A DNA stretch of 64,000 nt from a virus. Location: IMG/VR virus record IMGVR_UViG_3300032224_000679, positions 21,487 through 85,486 of that record. The stretch is one strand, 5' to 3'. The notes beneath the pieces were generated by a model. That model saw only the letters and a list, made by a program, of their open reading frames with translations. It had not been told where the DNA came from and made no database searches. A program made the translations under genes and the position numbers. Positions 52,471-61,133 of this stretch are shown here, in pieces. Positions within the stretch are counted from its first letter, which is position 1, and each line of letters begins with the position of its first letter.

Positions 52471-53539
52471 ACCATTTGACGTAAGCAAATTTCGCAAAAG
52501 CATTACTAAAGCAATCGACGGCATCAGCGTTGGGTTTAACGATCCCACAGACTGGATCTCAACTAACAACTACGCACTGAACTATTTGATCTCGGGTGAC
52601 TTTAACCGAGGTATTCCGATGGGCAAGGTAACTGTATTTGCAGGTGAATCCGGTGCAGGCAAATCATTTATTTGTTCAGGTAACTTAGTTAGGAACGCAC
52701 AAGAGCAAGGTATTTTTCCTATTCTAATTGATACTGAAAATGCTCTTGATGAAAAGTGGCTACATGCTCTGGGCGTAGATACCAGTGAAGACAAGTTATT
52801 AAAACTTAACATGGCCATGATTGATGACGTGGCTAAAATGATTAGTGAGTTTGTCAAAGAATACAAAACACTACCAGTAGAAGGTCGCCCTAAAGTATTG
52901 TTTGTTTTAGACTCATTGGGTATGTTATTGACCCCAACAGACGTTAATCAGTTTACAGCAGGTGACTTAAAAGGTGACATGGGTCGCAAACCTAAGGCAT
53001 TGACTGCATTAGTCCGTAACTGTGTTAATATGTTTGGCGACTTAAACTTGGGCTTAGTTGCTACTAACCATACCTATGCAAGTCAGGATATGTTTGATCC
53101 CGATGATAAAATTAGCGGTGGACAAGGCTTTATCTACGCTAGTTCTATTGTTGTTGCTATGCGTAAGTTGAAGTTGAAAGAAGACGAAGATGGCAACAAG
53201 GTATCAGAAGTTAAAGGTATTCGTGCCGCTTGTAAGATTATGAAAACTCGCTACGCTAAACCTTTTGAAAGTGTACAAGTTAAGATCCCATACGAAACTG
53301 GTATGAACCCATACAGCGGATTGGTTGATTTAATTGAAGGTAAAGAACTTCTGAAGAAGGAAGGCAACAGTTTGCTATATACTACTGCTGATGGCGAAGT
53401 TATTAAAAAATTCCGCAAAGGCTGGGAACGAAATGATGATGGTTGTTTAGATACTGTAATGAAGGATATCACTGACAATCCTCATAAGTTTGATAAAACA
53501 GCAACAACACCTGTTACCGATGAATCAATTGAAACTTAA
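52463..53539 (+). CDS. uvsX: RecA-like recombinase UvsX
   Basis: FAGESGAGKS, IDTENA, LDSLG, TNHTY, SGGQG..YASS. Confidence 0.95.
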   Translation: MAKPFDVSKFRKSITKAIDGISVGFNDPTDWISTNNYALNYLISGDFNRGIPMGKVTVFAGESGAGKSFICSGNLVRNAQEQGIFPILIDTENALDEKWLHALGVDTSEDKLLKLNMAMIDDVAKMISEFVKEYKTLPVEGRPKVLFVLDSLGMLLTPTDVNQFTAGDLKGDMGRKPKALTALVRNCVNMFGDLNLGLVATNHTYASQDMFDPDDKISGGQGFIYASSIVVAMRKLKLKEDEDGNKVSEVKGIRAACKIMKTRYAKPFESVQVKIPYETGMNPYSGLVDLIEGKELLKKEGNSLLYTTADGEVIKKFRKGWERNDDGCLDTVMKDITDNPHKFDKTATTPVTDESIET

Positions 53540-54044
53540 TTTTTCTGCTACTAAATGTAAAAGTTGGCCCAAGCTCAGATTCTACATAGATGGTGATTTA
53601 TATGAAGATTATCATTTTGAATCTGAGTCTGCCACTATTACCCTGCCCATTGACTTATTGCCAGGAGAACACGAGCTGTCAATAGAACTTTACGGCAAGA
53701 CTATGGAGAACACAGTAGTCGACGGGGATAAAATAGTAGAAGATCAATTAGTGACCATAGAGTCTATGTCCATAGACGATGTTGAATTATTGCCTATGTT
53801 TATATACCATGGGCGAGTTGACGGAGCAGAACACACACCACAAATGGTATGGGGAATAAATGGCTTTTGGCGTTGGCGGTTCGGTGCTCCAATAATTGAT
53901 TGGGTATTAGACTATAAAAATTCTTATATTGACGAATCATTGAATTCGCAAATTATCATTTCTACTTTTTCAGCTAAGAAGAAAAATAAACTTTTGGATC
54001 TATTAGATTCCATGGAGGCAGCATTAGAAAATGTCCGTGTTTAA
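53520..54044 (+). CDS. Hypothetical protein coupled to the B12 radical SAM gene
   Basis: ATG at 53520 overlaps the end of uvsX; no recognised family. Confidence 0.6.
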   Translation: MNQLKLNFSATKCKSWPKLRFYIDGDLYEDYHFESESATITLPIDLLPGEHELSIELYGKTMENTVVDGDKIVEDQLVTIESMSIDDVELLPMFIYHGRVDGAEHTPQMVWGINGFWRWRFGAPIIDWVLDYKNSYIDESLNSQIIISTFSAKKKNKLLDLLDSMEAALENVRV

Positions 54045-55527
54045 AAAAGCAGTCGCAATAGCATCTGGTCAAATTGAAAAGAATAGGCCTCCTCCAGGTC
54101 TAGGCTTTCTAGCGGGTGTATGCGAACACAATCAAGTTGACTACGATGTTTACGACTTGAATGTTTATATACTGGACATGGTAGGTGAAAAAGATTGGTT
54201 AGAATTATATGACTATACGTCTGTTTATTCAGACGAAAATTTTAATCCAGTACTAGATGAAAAAATAAACACAGTACTTGAAAGTTTTGTGGATCTAGTA
54301 ATTGAATCCTCGCCAGATATTATCTTAATAACAACATTGACGTATTGGGAAAACTACTGGTGTCAACGTCTACTAGAAAAAATTAAACAAAAAAATATTC
54401 AAGCAGTTACTATGGTGGGTGGCCCTGGTGTGTCAGCACAAGATCACAATCAGAACAGCTTTGGTAAACAAATGTGCAATAAAGGCATATTAGATTACTA
54501 TGTCTTAGGAGAAGGCGATATAGTACTGGACCAATTCTTTAAAGGACATAAAGAGCTAGGAGTCAATTCATCCAAGGATCTAGTAGAAACATGGGCAATA
54601 CAAATAGATGATTTAGATTCTATACCAGTGTCCTCTTACAAAAAAATTGATATTAATCGATATCAAACATATCAAGGCAGCGGGGAAATATCTGTTACTA
54701 CCAGTCGTGGCTGTGTTAGGAGATGCACATTCTGTGATGTGGGCAATACTTGGAAAAAATTTAAATTTAGATCAGCAACAAATGTAGCCGAAGAAATTAG
54801 ACAACATTATCTTGCAACTGGATGTACAAAGTTTTTCTTTACTGACAGTTTGATTAACGGTCCTTTGAAAAATTTTATTAACTTAATGGAAGAACTGGTT
54901 AAGTTACAGGAAGTGTATCCAGATCTAAAACAAATGTCATTTTCGGCACAGTTCATTATCCGTCCAAAATCTCATCACACTGAATACATGTATCAGTTAA
55001 TGCAAAAAGTTAATTTTCAAAACATACAAGTCGGTGTAGAAACAGGCAGTGATAGAGTTCGCCATCATATGAAAAAAGGCTTTACTAACGAAGATTTAGA
55101 TTATCACATGGAGATGTGTAACAAGTACAAGTTAGGAAATACTTTGTTGTTTTTAGTAGGGTATCCCACAGAAACATTAGAAGATTTTGAAGATACATTA
55201 AATATGCTGAAGCGATATCAAAAGTATTTGATGAACGGTGTACTAATAGATGCAAATGAATCGATACCTTTAATATTATTAAAAGACACACCATTACACG
55301 AAATGGCACCAGATCTAGGAATTGAACTGGACAATAAGTATGCCAACATTCGTTGGATTTCTAAGAAAAATCCAGAATTAACAATTAAAGAAAGATTTCG
55401 TAGATATATCATGATGCAAAGACTAATGATAAATCTTGGATATCCTCGCCCAGCTACTACGGCTGTGCAATTAAGTCAATATATTGAAAAAATTAAATCA
55501 CTAGGGAGTAATACACATGTCGATTGA
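54031..55527 (+). CDS. Cobalamin-binding radical SAM enzyme (class B methylase-like)
   Basis: PPPGLGFLAG, VGGPG, GEGD, SRGCVRRCTFC, GVETGSDRV, VGYPTET.EDF. Confidence 0.85.
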   Translation: MSVFKKAVAIASGQIEKNRPPPGLGFLAGVCEHNQVDYDVYDLNVYILDMVGEKDWLELYDYTSVYSDENFNPVLDEKINTVLESFVDLVIESSPDIILITTLTYWENYWCQRLLEKIKQKNIQAVTMVGGPGVSAQDHNQNSFGKQMCNKGILDYYVLGEGDIVLDQFFKGHKELGVNSSKDLVETWAIQIDDLDSIPVSSYKKIDINRYQTYQGSGEISVTTSRGCVRRCTFCDVGNTWKKFKFRSATNVAEEIRQHYLATGCTKFFFTDSLINGPLKNFINLMEELVKLQEVYPDLKQMSFSAQFIIRPKSHHTEYMYQLMQKVNFQNIQVGVETGSDRVRHHMKKGFTNEDLDYHMEMCNKYKLGNTLLFLVGYPTETLEDFEDTLNMLKRYQKYLMNGVLIDANESIPLILLKDTPLHEMAPDLGIELDNKYANIRWISKKNPELTIKERFRRYIMMQRLMINLGYPRPATTAVQLSQYIEKIKSLGSNTHVD

Positions 55528-55747
55528 CGTTGAAGTTTTAAGCGAAACTTATCAAACACTAAAACAATACATACCGCAAAAGGATAGGCAAGAGGCAAGT
55601 GACAACTTGATGAGTATTCTTGTTGACGTATTGGGAGACCGAGAATTAAAAGAATTTGGCGGAACAGATGCATACACTAAACGTAGTTTAGAAGAATATG
55701 CAGGAGACATGGAAGATAGCTTCGAAGAAGATGACTACGAAGAATAA
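55517..55747 (+). CDS. Small acidic hypothetical protein
   Basis: GGAG RBS; acidic tail. Confidence 0.7.
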   Translation: MSIDVEVLSETYQTLKQYIPQKDRQEASDNLMSILVDVLGDRELKEFGGTDAYTKRSLEEYAGDMEDSFEEDDYEE

Positions 55748-56987
55748 GTATTTCCCCATTAAGACTGATACTAGCTGTCAGTTAAAATGGAATTGGAGTA
55801 CTCTTTATCTTAATACGGGCGTGACTATGTCCTGTCATAGAACATCCGCCAGCGTATTAACGCCTGACAATTTTAATAATTTTCATAACACTGATATTAA
55901 GTTAGCCGACAGACGCAGTATGTTAAACGGCGAATGGCCTAGTTCTAGTTGCGGTTATTGTAAAAACATAGAGGATGCCGGGGGATACAGTGACAGGATG
56001 TTACATTTAAATGTTCCCGACATGTATCCCGCAGAACTAGACACTGATTTAACTGCTGTTAATGTTTCTCCAGTAATATTAGAAGTATATTTTGACAACA
56101 CCTGCAATTTAGGATGTTTGTATTGTTTTCCATCGTTAAGCTCTAAGTTAGCCGATGAGAATAAAAGATTTGGCGCCTTTGAAGTGGGAGAAATAAAATT
56201 ACTGCCCTTGGACCAAAAACACTATAAGTCACTGACACCATTGTTTTGGAAATGGTTGCCTGACAATTTTCATTCATTGAAACGAATGCATATATTGGGT
56301 GGTGAGCCTTTATTGCAAAAAGAGTTAGATATATTTTTATCCTTTGTTGAAGACAATCCTAATCCTAATTTGGAACTAAACATAATATCTAATTTAATGG
56401 TGCCAAAAGATAGACTAATAAACTACATATCCAAGATTAAAAAATTAGTAGTTGGTAGAAAACTAAAACGATTTGACATCACTGCTAGTATTGATTGCTT
56501 TGGTCCGCAACAAGAATATGTAAGATACGGACTTGACTTAGCAACGTGGCAAGATAACTTTGAATACATACTAAATCAAAAATGGATTAAGTTAAACATT
56601 AATCAAGTAGTAAACGCACTGACAATAAAAACTATGCCAGAATTGATTAATAAATTAAACGAATGGAAAAAGGTGCGACCAGTTGGGCATCATTTAACTG
56701 GCCCAATACAAGCAGATCATATGTCTGCAGAAATATTCGGAGCAGGAGTGTTTACAAAAGATTTTGAGAAAATTTTAAGTCTTATGGACACTAACACTGA
56801 CGATGAACGTATTGCCAAAAAGTACATGAGTGGAGTTTTTCAAGCAGTTGAAAACAAAAAGATTGACTTAGACAGGGTAAAACAGTTATTATTGTTCTTA
56901 GATGAAAAAGATAGAAGAAGGTCCACTAGTTGGCGGCCTTTATTTCCGTGGCTAACTGTTTACGAGGATATTGAACATGTGGTATAA
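55731..56987 (+). CDS. Radical SAM enzyme with N-terminal SPASM/twitch-like domain
   Basis: CNLGCLYC, LGGEP, ASIDC; N-terminal C.LKW..SCH..CGYC. Confidence 0.85.
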   Translation: MTTKNKYFPIKTDTSCQLKWNWSTLYLNTGVTMSCHRTSASVLTPDNFNNFHNTDIKLADRRSMLNGEWPSSSCGYCKNIEDAGGYSDRMLHLNVPDMYPAELDTDLTAVNVSPVILEVYFDNTCNLGCLYCFPSLSSKLADENKRFGAFEVGEIKLLPLDQKHYKSLTPLFWKWLPDNFHSLKRMHILGGEPLLQKELDIFLSFVEDNPNPNLELNIISNLMVPKDRLINYISKIKKLVVGRKLKRFDITASIDCFGPQQEYVRYGLDLATWQDNFEYILNQKWIKLNINQVVNALTIKTMPELINKLNEWKKVRPVGHHLTGPIQADHMSAEIFGAGVFTKDFEKILSLMDTNTDDERIAKKYMSGVFQAVENKKIDLDRVKQLLLFLDEKDRRRSTSWRPLFPWLTVYEDIEHVV

Positions 56988-57429
56988 TAAGGTAGTAGCA
57001 GATCTTGGCAACATACCTGCGTTCATTAATTACTATGAAGATGAACTAGTAGAAGCCAAATACGACTGTGGAGTCAAAGGTAACTTAGAAAAGAACATTG
57101 CTGGCTTGCCTGGCTTAACTGAACACAGATTTAATCAATTACAAGAAATTGAAGCTGTATTAAACTATCTAAACATACAGTTACGTAGGATTCGTAAAAA
57201 ACACTTTCAAAAGTATTTGGAAAATTATCCCAGAGCGCTGACCAGTAGGGATGCTGAAAAGTATGTAGACGGCGAAGATGAAGTCATCGATTTTGAAACT
57301 ATCATCAACGAAGTTGCACTGGTACGTAATAAATGGTTAGGCCTACTTAAAGGTCTAGAAAGCAAAAACTTCATGTTGGGGCATGTGGCTAGACTCAGAA
57401 CCGCAGGCATGGAAGATATTACTCTATAA
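56977..57429 (+). CDS. uvsY: Recombination mediator UvsY
   Basis: RALTSRDAEKYVDGE, KGLESK...GH..RLRTAGMED. Confidence 0.85.
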   Translation: MWYNKVVADLGNIPAFINYYEDELVEAKYDCGVKGNLEKNIAGLPGLTEHRFNQLQEIEAVLNYLNIQLRRIRKKHFQKYLENYPRALTSRDAEKYVDGEDEVIDFETIINEVALVRNKWLGLLKGLESKNFMLGHVARLRTAGMEDITL

Positions 57430-57437
57430 GTATTGAT

Positions 57438-58196
57438 ATGAAAATTGTTGTAGTCAGCGGGGGATTTGACCCCTTACATTCCGGTCACATTGCTATGTTT
57501 AAATCTGCAAAAGCATTGGGCGATCGTTTATTAGTTGCAGTTAACAGTGATGCTTGGCTTGTTCGCAAAAAGGGCAGAGCATTTATGCCGTTGTTTGAAC
57601 GTACTGGTATCATAACTAACTTGTCCTGTGTAGATGAAATTGTCATGGGCTACGATGACAGCGACGGCTCCAGCATAGATGCGCTACGTAGAGTAAAAGA
57701 AAAATACCCCGACGATGAGATTATCTTTGCCAATGGCGGAGATCGCAATATGTTCAACATTCCAGAAATGGCTGTGGAAGGTGTAACTTGTAACTTTGGT
57801 ATCGGGGGAGTCCAAAAAGCTAACAGCAGTAGCTGGATACTGGAAGAATGGAAAGCACCCAAGACTGAACGAACATGGGGCCACTATAGAGTATTAAAAG
57901 AATACGGACCAACAGTCAAGCTCAAAGAACTTACAGTGGAACCTGGTCAACGTCTCAGTATGCAACGTCACGAAAAACGTGCAGAGCATTGGTTTGTGGC
58001 AGAAGGTACTGCCACAGTATACAGTATAGATTCCAGCACAGATGTTGAGCTATTGGGTACTTACGAACAGTTTCAGCATGTACATATTAACCGTACACAA
58101 TGGCATCAGTTATGCAACGAAACTGACGAGCCTTTGAAAATCATTGAAATACAGTACGGCGAAGACTGCGTTGAAACTGACATTGAGCGTCAGTAA
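57438..58196 (+). CDS. Cytidylyltransferase-like (HIGH) domain fused to a type II mannose-6-phosphate-isomerase-like cupin
   Basis: SGGFDPLHSGH, VNSD..L.RKKG, ANGGDR, NSSS; then R.WG.Y.VL, LSMQRH..RAEHW, IIEIQ.G..C.E.DIER. Confidence 0.85.
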   Translation: MKIVVVSGGFDPLHSGHIAMFKSAKALGDRLLVAVNSDAWLVRKKGRAFMPLFERTGIITNLSCVDEIVMGYDDSDGSSIDALRRVKEKYPDDEIIFANGGDRNMFNIPEMAVEGVTCNFGIGGVQKANSSSWILEEWKAPKTERTWGHYRVLKEYGPTVKLKELTVEPGQRLSMQRHEKRAEHWFVAEGTATVYSIDSSTDVELLGTYEQFQHVHINRTQWHQLCNETDEPLKIIEIQYGEDCVETDIERQ

Positions 58197-58282
58197 TAGT
58201 AGCGATACCCTTGGCGGTATGCTCGTGCTTGTTGCTCGCGATTGGCAATAATTGCCTTAACTACGCAATTTAAAAATTTCAT
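58190..58282 (-). CDS. Small hypothetical peptide (30 aa)
   Basis: MKFLNCVVKAIIANREQQARAYRQGYRYYY; purine-rich RBS, overlapping the stop of the upstream minus-strand gene. Confidence 0.45.
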   Translation of the reverse strand: MKFLNCVVKAIIANREQQARAYRQGYRYYY

Positions 58283-58443
58283 ATTAACCCTTCCTTTTGT
58301 TGATCGTATTGATATTGACGTTGTAGGTGCTCGAGATCGGCAGCGTTTTGTGGATTTTTGCTGGCAATGTAACGTTCCATTCTGCTTTGATAGTCGCTTT
58401 CGGGAAACATTTCTGCCAGGCGTTCTAGTAATGTTCTTAACAT
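58279..58443 (-). CDS. Small hypothetical protein (54 aa)
   Basis: AAGGA RBS and ATG at 58443; MLRTLLERLAEMFP... Confidence 0.6.
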   Translation of the reverse strand: MLRTLLERLAEMFPESDYQSRMERYIASKNPQNAADLEHLQRQYQYDQQKEGLI

Positions 58444-58544
58444 ATTTTTCCTTATCAGTGTTTCTACTGATATATTTATCATGCATTGCGACATTTGAAA
58501 CAATATCTAAATTAAAAATAAATACACAATAACCTAAAATAATC

Positions 58545-59774
58545 ATGACTGATATCCGCAAATTTATAGACATTGTTGCTGAAGATCCAGCAGATGTGCG
58601 ACAAGCAATCACTAAAAAAGTCGAAAAAATACCCGACGAAAGTGACCTAACAGACATCTTAAAATTTACCAACAAGTACAGCATTAAAAAAGATGTTGAA
58701 AAGTTTGCCACAGTAAGAGATTACAAAGGGCTGGTTAGTACTATATTCTTGCAAGCTCTAGCCAATGCAGAGTTAAGTGATGCTGAAGTTAAAAAATTCC
58801 TTAAGAAACTTAGCACTGATGGTATTTTGGATGAAAAGAAACTGCTGACTCCACGTAAAGTACATAGCTACGCAGAGCTAATTGATAAAGAATATCAGAA
58901 AACATTCAACGCAATTAAAGTTGATATCTTTGAAAAGATTGCTGGTAAGATTGGTGAAAAGGGTGATGTGGGTAAGGGCGAATACATGTTGGACATTATC
59001 AGTCCTACAGTTAATCGTCGTGGAGCTCCGGGCGACTTGGATATTGATGGTACTAAGATTGAACTTAAAGCTGGACAAAACGGACGTTTAGGTCCCGCAG
59101 GCAGTCAAGCACTGGTGGGACGTTTCGCTCGTGAATTTGCGCCTATTGTGCAAAAGATACAGCCCGATGTTAAAGTGCCAACATCCAACGATCAAATTTC
59201 GGATATTTTCAATCCTAAACTGAACATGAGTGCATTCACTGATTACTTTGACAACGACAGTAAAAAAGTCAAATTGGCGTTGAAAGCATTGTTACAGATG
59301 CATTATCCCAGTGTTAATGTCAATGACATAGTAAACAAAGTAGTTGGTAGCAATGGTGTTATAAACGGCAACGAGCTAAAGAAACAAATGCTTAAAAACA
59401 GTTTTGATGTTTATAAAGCAGACAAAGATTTTGATGGTGTAATTATCATGGACAGTGGTGTTACTGGATTCTTATATGTAAACAGTGGCGATGACTTAGC
59501 CGCAGTGGCTGATTCTTTGAGCGTAAGTTTTCCAAGTTGGACAGACACACAAGGTAACTGTATGAAAGTTACACTAACTGCTACAGCACTTAAATCAGCT
59601 GGTGCAGCCGCAGGTCTTGCACCCGCACCAAAAGCATCAAAGGTCAAAGATCCAGAAAAGTTGGCTGCACAAACACACAAAGTTTCTGGACTCAAACCGC
59701 AAGCGGCCAAAGCCGCCGCAAAATCTTTAGCAACCAAATCTAAAGAACCAAGTCCTTTACGTGCTCGCAGATAA
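58545..59774 (+). CDS. Late protein with a PD-(D/E)xK nuclease-like motif
   Basis: GKGEY...GDLDIDG.KIELK; N-terminus MTDIRKFIDIVAE; late promoter at 58518. Confidence 0.6.
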   Translation: MTDIRKFIDIVAEDPADVRQAITKKVEKIPDESDLTDILKFTNKYSIKKDVEKFATVRDYKGLVSTIFLQALANAELSDAEVKKFLKKLSTDGILDEKKLLTPRKVHSYAELIDKEYQKTFNAIKVDIFEKIAGKIGEKGDVGKGEYMLDIISPTVNRRGAPGDLDIDGTKIELKAGQNGRLGPAGSQALVGRFAREFAPIVQKIQPDVKVPTSNDQISDIFNPKLNMSAFTDYFDNDSKKVKLALKALLQMHYPSVNVNDIVNKVVGSNGVINGNELKKQMLKNSFDVYKADKDFDGVIIMDSGVTGFLYVNSGDDLAAVADSLSVSFPSWTDTQGNCMKVTLTATALKSAGAAAGLAPAPKASKVKDPEKLAAQTHKVSGLKPQAAKAAAKSLATKSKEPSPLRARR

Positions 59775-59777
59775 CTG

Positions 59778-59806
59778 TTGACACAAATTGCAATAGACTA
59801 TATAAT
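59778..59806 (+). promoter_or_regulatory. Consensus sigma70 promoter at the head of the tRNA island
   Basis: TTGACA-17 nt-TATAAT. Confidence 0.85.
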
Positions 59807-59817
59807 AGACACATGTT

Positions 59818-59894
59818 GCGCTTGTAGCTCAGTTGGTTAGAGCAGTGGACTCATAATCCATTGGTCGCGGGTTCAAGTCCCTCCGAGCGCACCA
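59818..59894 (+). tRNA. tRNA with CAU anticodon (Ile2-like, or elongator Met)
   Basis: Cloverleaf, loop CTCATAA, encoded CCA; body resembles bacterial Ile2. Confidence 0.9.
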
Positions 59895-59901
59895 AGAATT
59901 T

Positions 59902-59987
59902 GCCAGAGTGGTGGAATGGTATACACAGCAGACTTAAAATCTGCCGCCCGCAAGGGCATACGGGTTCGAGTCCCGTCTCTGGCACCA
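59902..59987 (+). tRNA. tRNA-Leu(UAA)
   Basis: Loop CTTAAAA, long variable arm, CCA. Confidence 0.95.
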
Positions 59988-60032
59988 AACGTAAAACAAA
60001 ATAGTTAATTTTATCAATATTACCAAAGGTAG

Positions 60033-60061
60033 TTGACAAGAAAGACTAAATAACTTACAAT
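60033..60061 (+). promoter_or_regulatory. Sigma70 promoter of the leader-peptide transcript
   Basis: TTGACA-17 nt-TACAAT; the spacer also contains TAAATA. Confidence 0.8.
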
Positions 60062-60071
60062 AGAAACTGTT

Positions 60072-60203
60072 ATGAAAATACAAAGATCCTTACATTCGTT
60101 TATTTGCATAGCCAAACAGGCAGGCGTTATGCCCGCTTATTGGTCAGCGATTAATCTAAGTAATGATCGCACACCAGAGGAATCCGGGGTCCGGGAAGGA
60201 TAA
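60072..60203 (+). CDS. Putative attenuator leader peptide (43 aa)
   Basis: MKIQRSLHSFICIAKQAGVMPAYWSAINLSNDRTPEESGVREG; ATG lies 10 nt after the -10 box; the 3' codons overlap the antiterminator strand. Confidence 0.65.
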   Translation: MKIQRSLHSFICIAKQAGVMPAYWSAINLSNDRTPEESGVREG

Positions 60204-60230
60204 CAAGTACAAAAATACTTTAACTTCTAA

Positions 60231-60265
60231 GGACCCCAGGCATAAACACCCTGGGGTTTTTGTTT
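60231..60265 (+). terminator. Intrinsic terminator with a competing antiterminator
   Basis: accccagg/cctggggt stem plus TTTTTGTTT; its 5' arm ggacccc is also complementary to ggggtcc at 60186-60192. Confidence 0.85.
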
Positions 60266-60280
60266 ATGTAATGAGGAAAT

Positions 60281-60439
60281 ATGAGAATAGGTAATAACAA
60301 TAGACAACATGAGTTTATTCGACAGCATACGCTAACACAGGAACAACGGCAACGTTTGATCCAAGATAAGTTAGAACGTGCTAGGCAAATTGCTCAAGCA
60401 GTTGTAAAGCGTGAGGTGGCTCTTCAAAGTCGTCGATGA
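60281..60439 (+). CDS. Small basic helical protein (52 aa) immediately downstream of the attenuator
   Basis: GAGGA RBS; MRIGNNNRQHEFIRQHTLTQEQRQRLIQDKLERARQIAQAVVKREVALQSRR. Confidence 0.6.
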   Translation: MRIGNNNRQHEFIRQHTLTQEQRQRLIQDKLERARQIAQAVVKREVALQSRR

Positions 60440-60456
60440 CCGCAAAGTGTGAATAT

Positions 60457-60688
60457 GTGGAAACGAGGTCCACGTCCCGAACTTAAAACATGGGACAAAC
60501 GGGCGGACAGGATACATGAACGTGTGGCGAAAACGCACTTAGTAAGACTCCTGGGTAGGGTACTAACCCTATCATATCCTGTGGCAACACAGGGTATTCT
60601 AAAATGTATCAGATGACCAATACTACTTGCTCTCTTGACGAGTTCGGAGCCTCTTGTGTACACAAGCCCTGGTGCGTTTTAGAATACC
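60457..60688 (+). ncRNA. Putative structured ncRNA of unknown class
   Basis: Series of hairpins plus a 20-bp stem 60593-60612/60669-60688 containing G-U pairs. Confidence 0.5.
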
Positions 60689-60696
60689 AAATATAC

Positions 60697-60725
60697 TTGA
60701 CTGTCAACGAGTTATAGTATATAAT
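60697..60725 (+). promoter_or_regulatory. Sigma70 promoter
   Basis: TTGACT-17 nt-TATAAT. Confidence 0.75.
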
Positions 60726-60743
60726 ACGTTTTTTAAGGCAAAT

Positions 60744-60959
60744 ATGAAACATCCTCACGTTATGATTGATACAGACAAATGTGTTACTAACATTGGTAAC
60801 AGATTTGAATTAATTCTTGTTGCCAGTATTAGAGCAAGAGAACTTAGTAGAAAAACTCATACAGCAAAGGTTGTTACCCATAGTAAATCTATTGTGGCAA
60901 CACTGCAAGAAATTGAGGAAGGCCATATTGGTCGAGAGTACTTGAAAAAAGTTAGGTAA
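60744..60959 (+). CDS. rpoZ: RNA polymerase omega subunit homologue
   Basis: IGNRFELILVASIRAREL...K.IV.TL.EI..G.IG.E.LKKV; start taken as ATG 60744. Confidence 0.85.
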   Translation: MKHPHVMIDTDKCVTNIGNRFELILVASIRARELSRKTHTAKVVTHSKSIVATLQEIEEGHIGREYLKKVR

Positions 60960-60966
60960 GCAACAT

Positions 60967-61041
60967 TCCCTGGTAGCTCAGAGGTAGAGCAGCAGACTGT
61001 TAATTTGTTGGTCGGTGGTTCGAGCCCACCCCGGGGAGCCA
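60967..61041 (+). tRNA. tRNA-Asn(GUU)
   Basis: Loop CTGTTAA, G73, CCA. Confidence 0.95.
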
Positions 61042-61047
61042 AGTTTT

Positions 61048-61104
61048 AGGATACTAACAGCAAATTCAAAAATTTCACTGTTAATGAAACCAAAATAGTA
61101 TCCT
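61048..61104 (+). ncRNA. CAGCAA-stem RNA 1 carrying an Asn(GUU)-type anticodon stem-loop
   Basis: aggatacta/tagtatcct stem, ACAGCAA, TTTCA-CTGTTAA-TGAAA. Confidence 0.7.
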
Positions 61105-61133
61105 GTTGTATTTTGAGTGATAAGTAAGAACAT

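Noticed and set aside
44052-53539. Inteins or introns in terminase or UvsX
   Set aside because: Both genes are continuous and of normal length.
49360-56987. RiPP cluster interpretation of the radical SAM genes
   Set aside because: No precursor peptide, RiPP recognition element, protease or transporter is recognisable; the small acidic ORF at 55517 looks like an ordinary phage gene.
58190-58711. 173-aa minus-strand ORF and 96-aa plus-strand ORF
   Set aside because: They overlap better-supported genes; only the last 30 codons of the minus-strand ORF have their own RBS.
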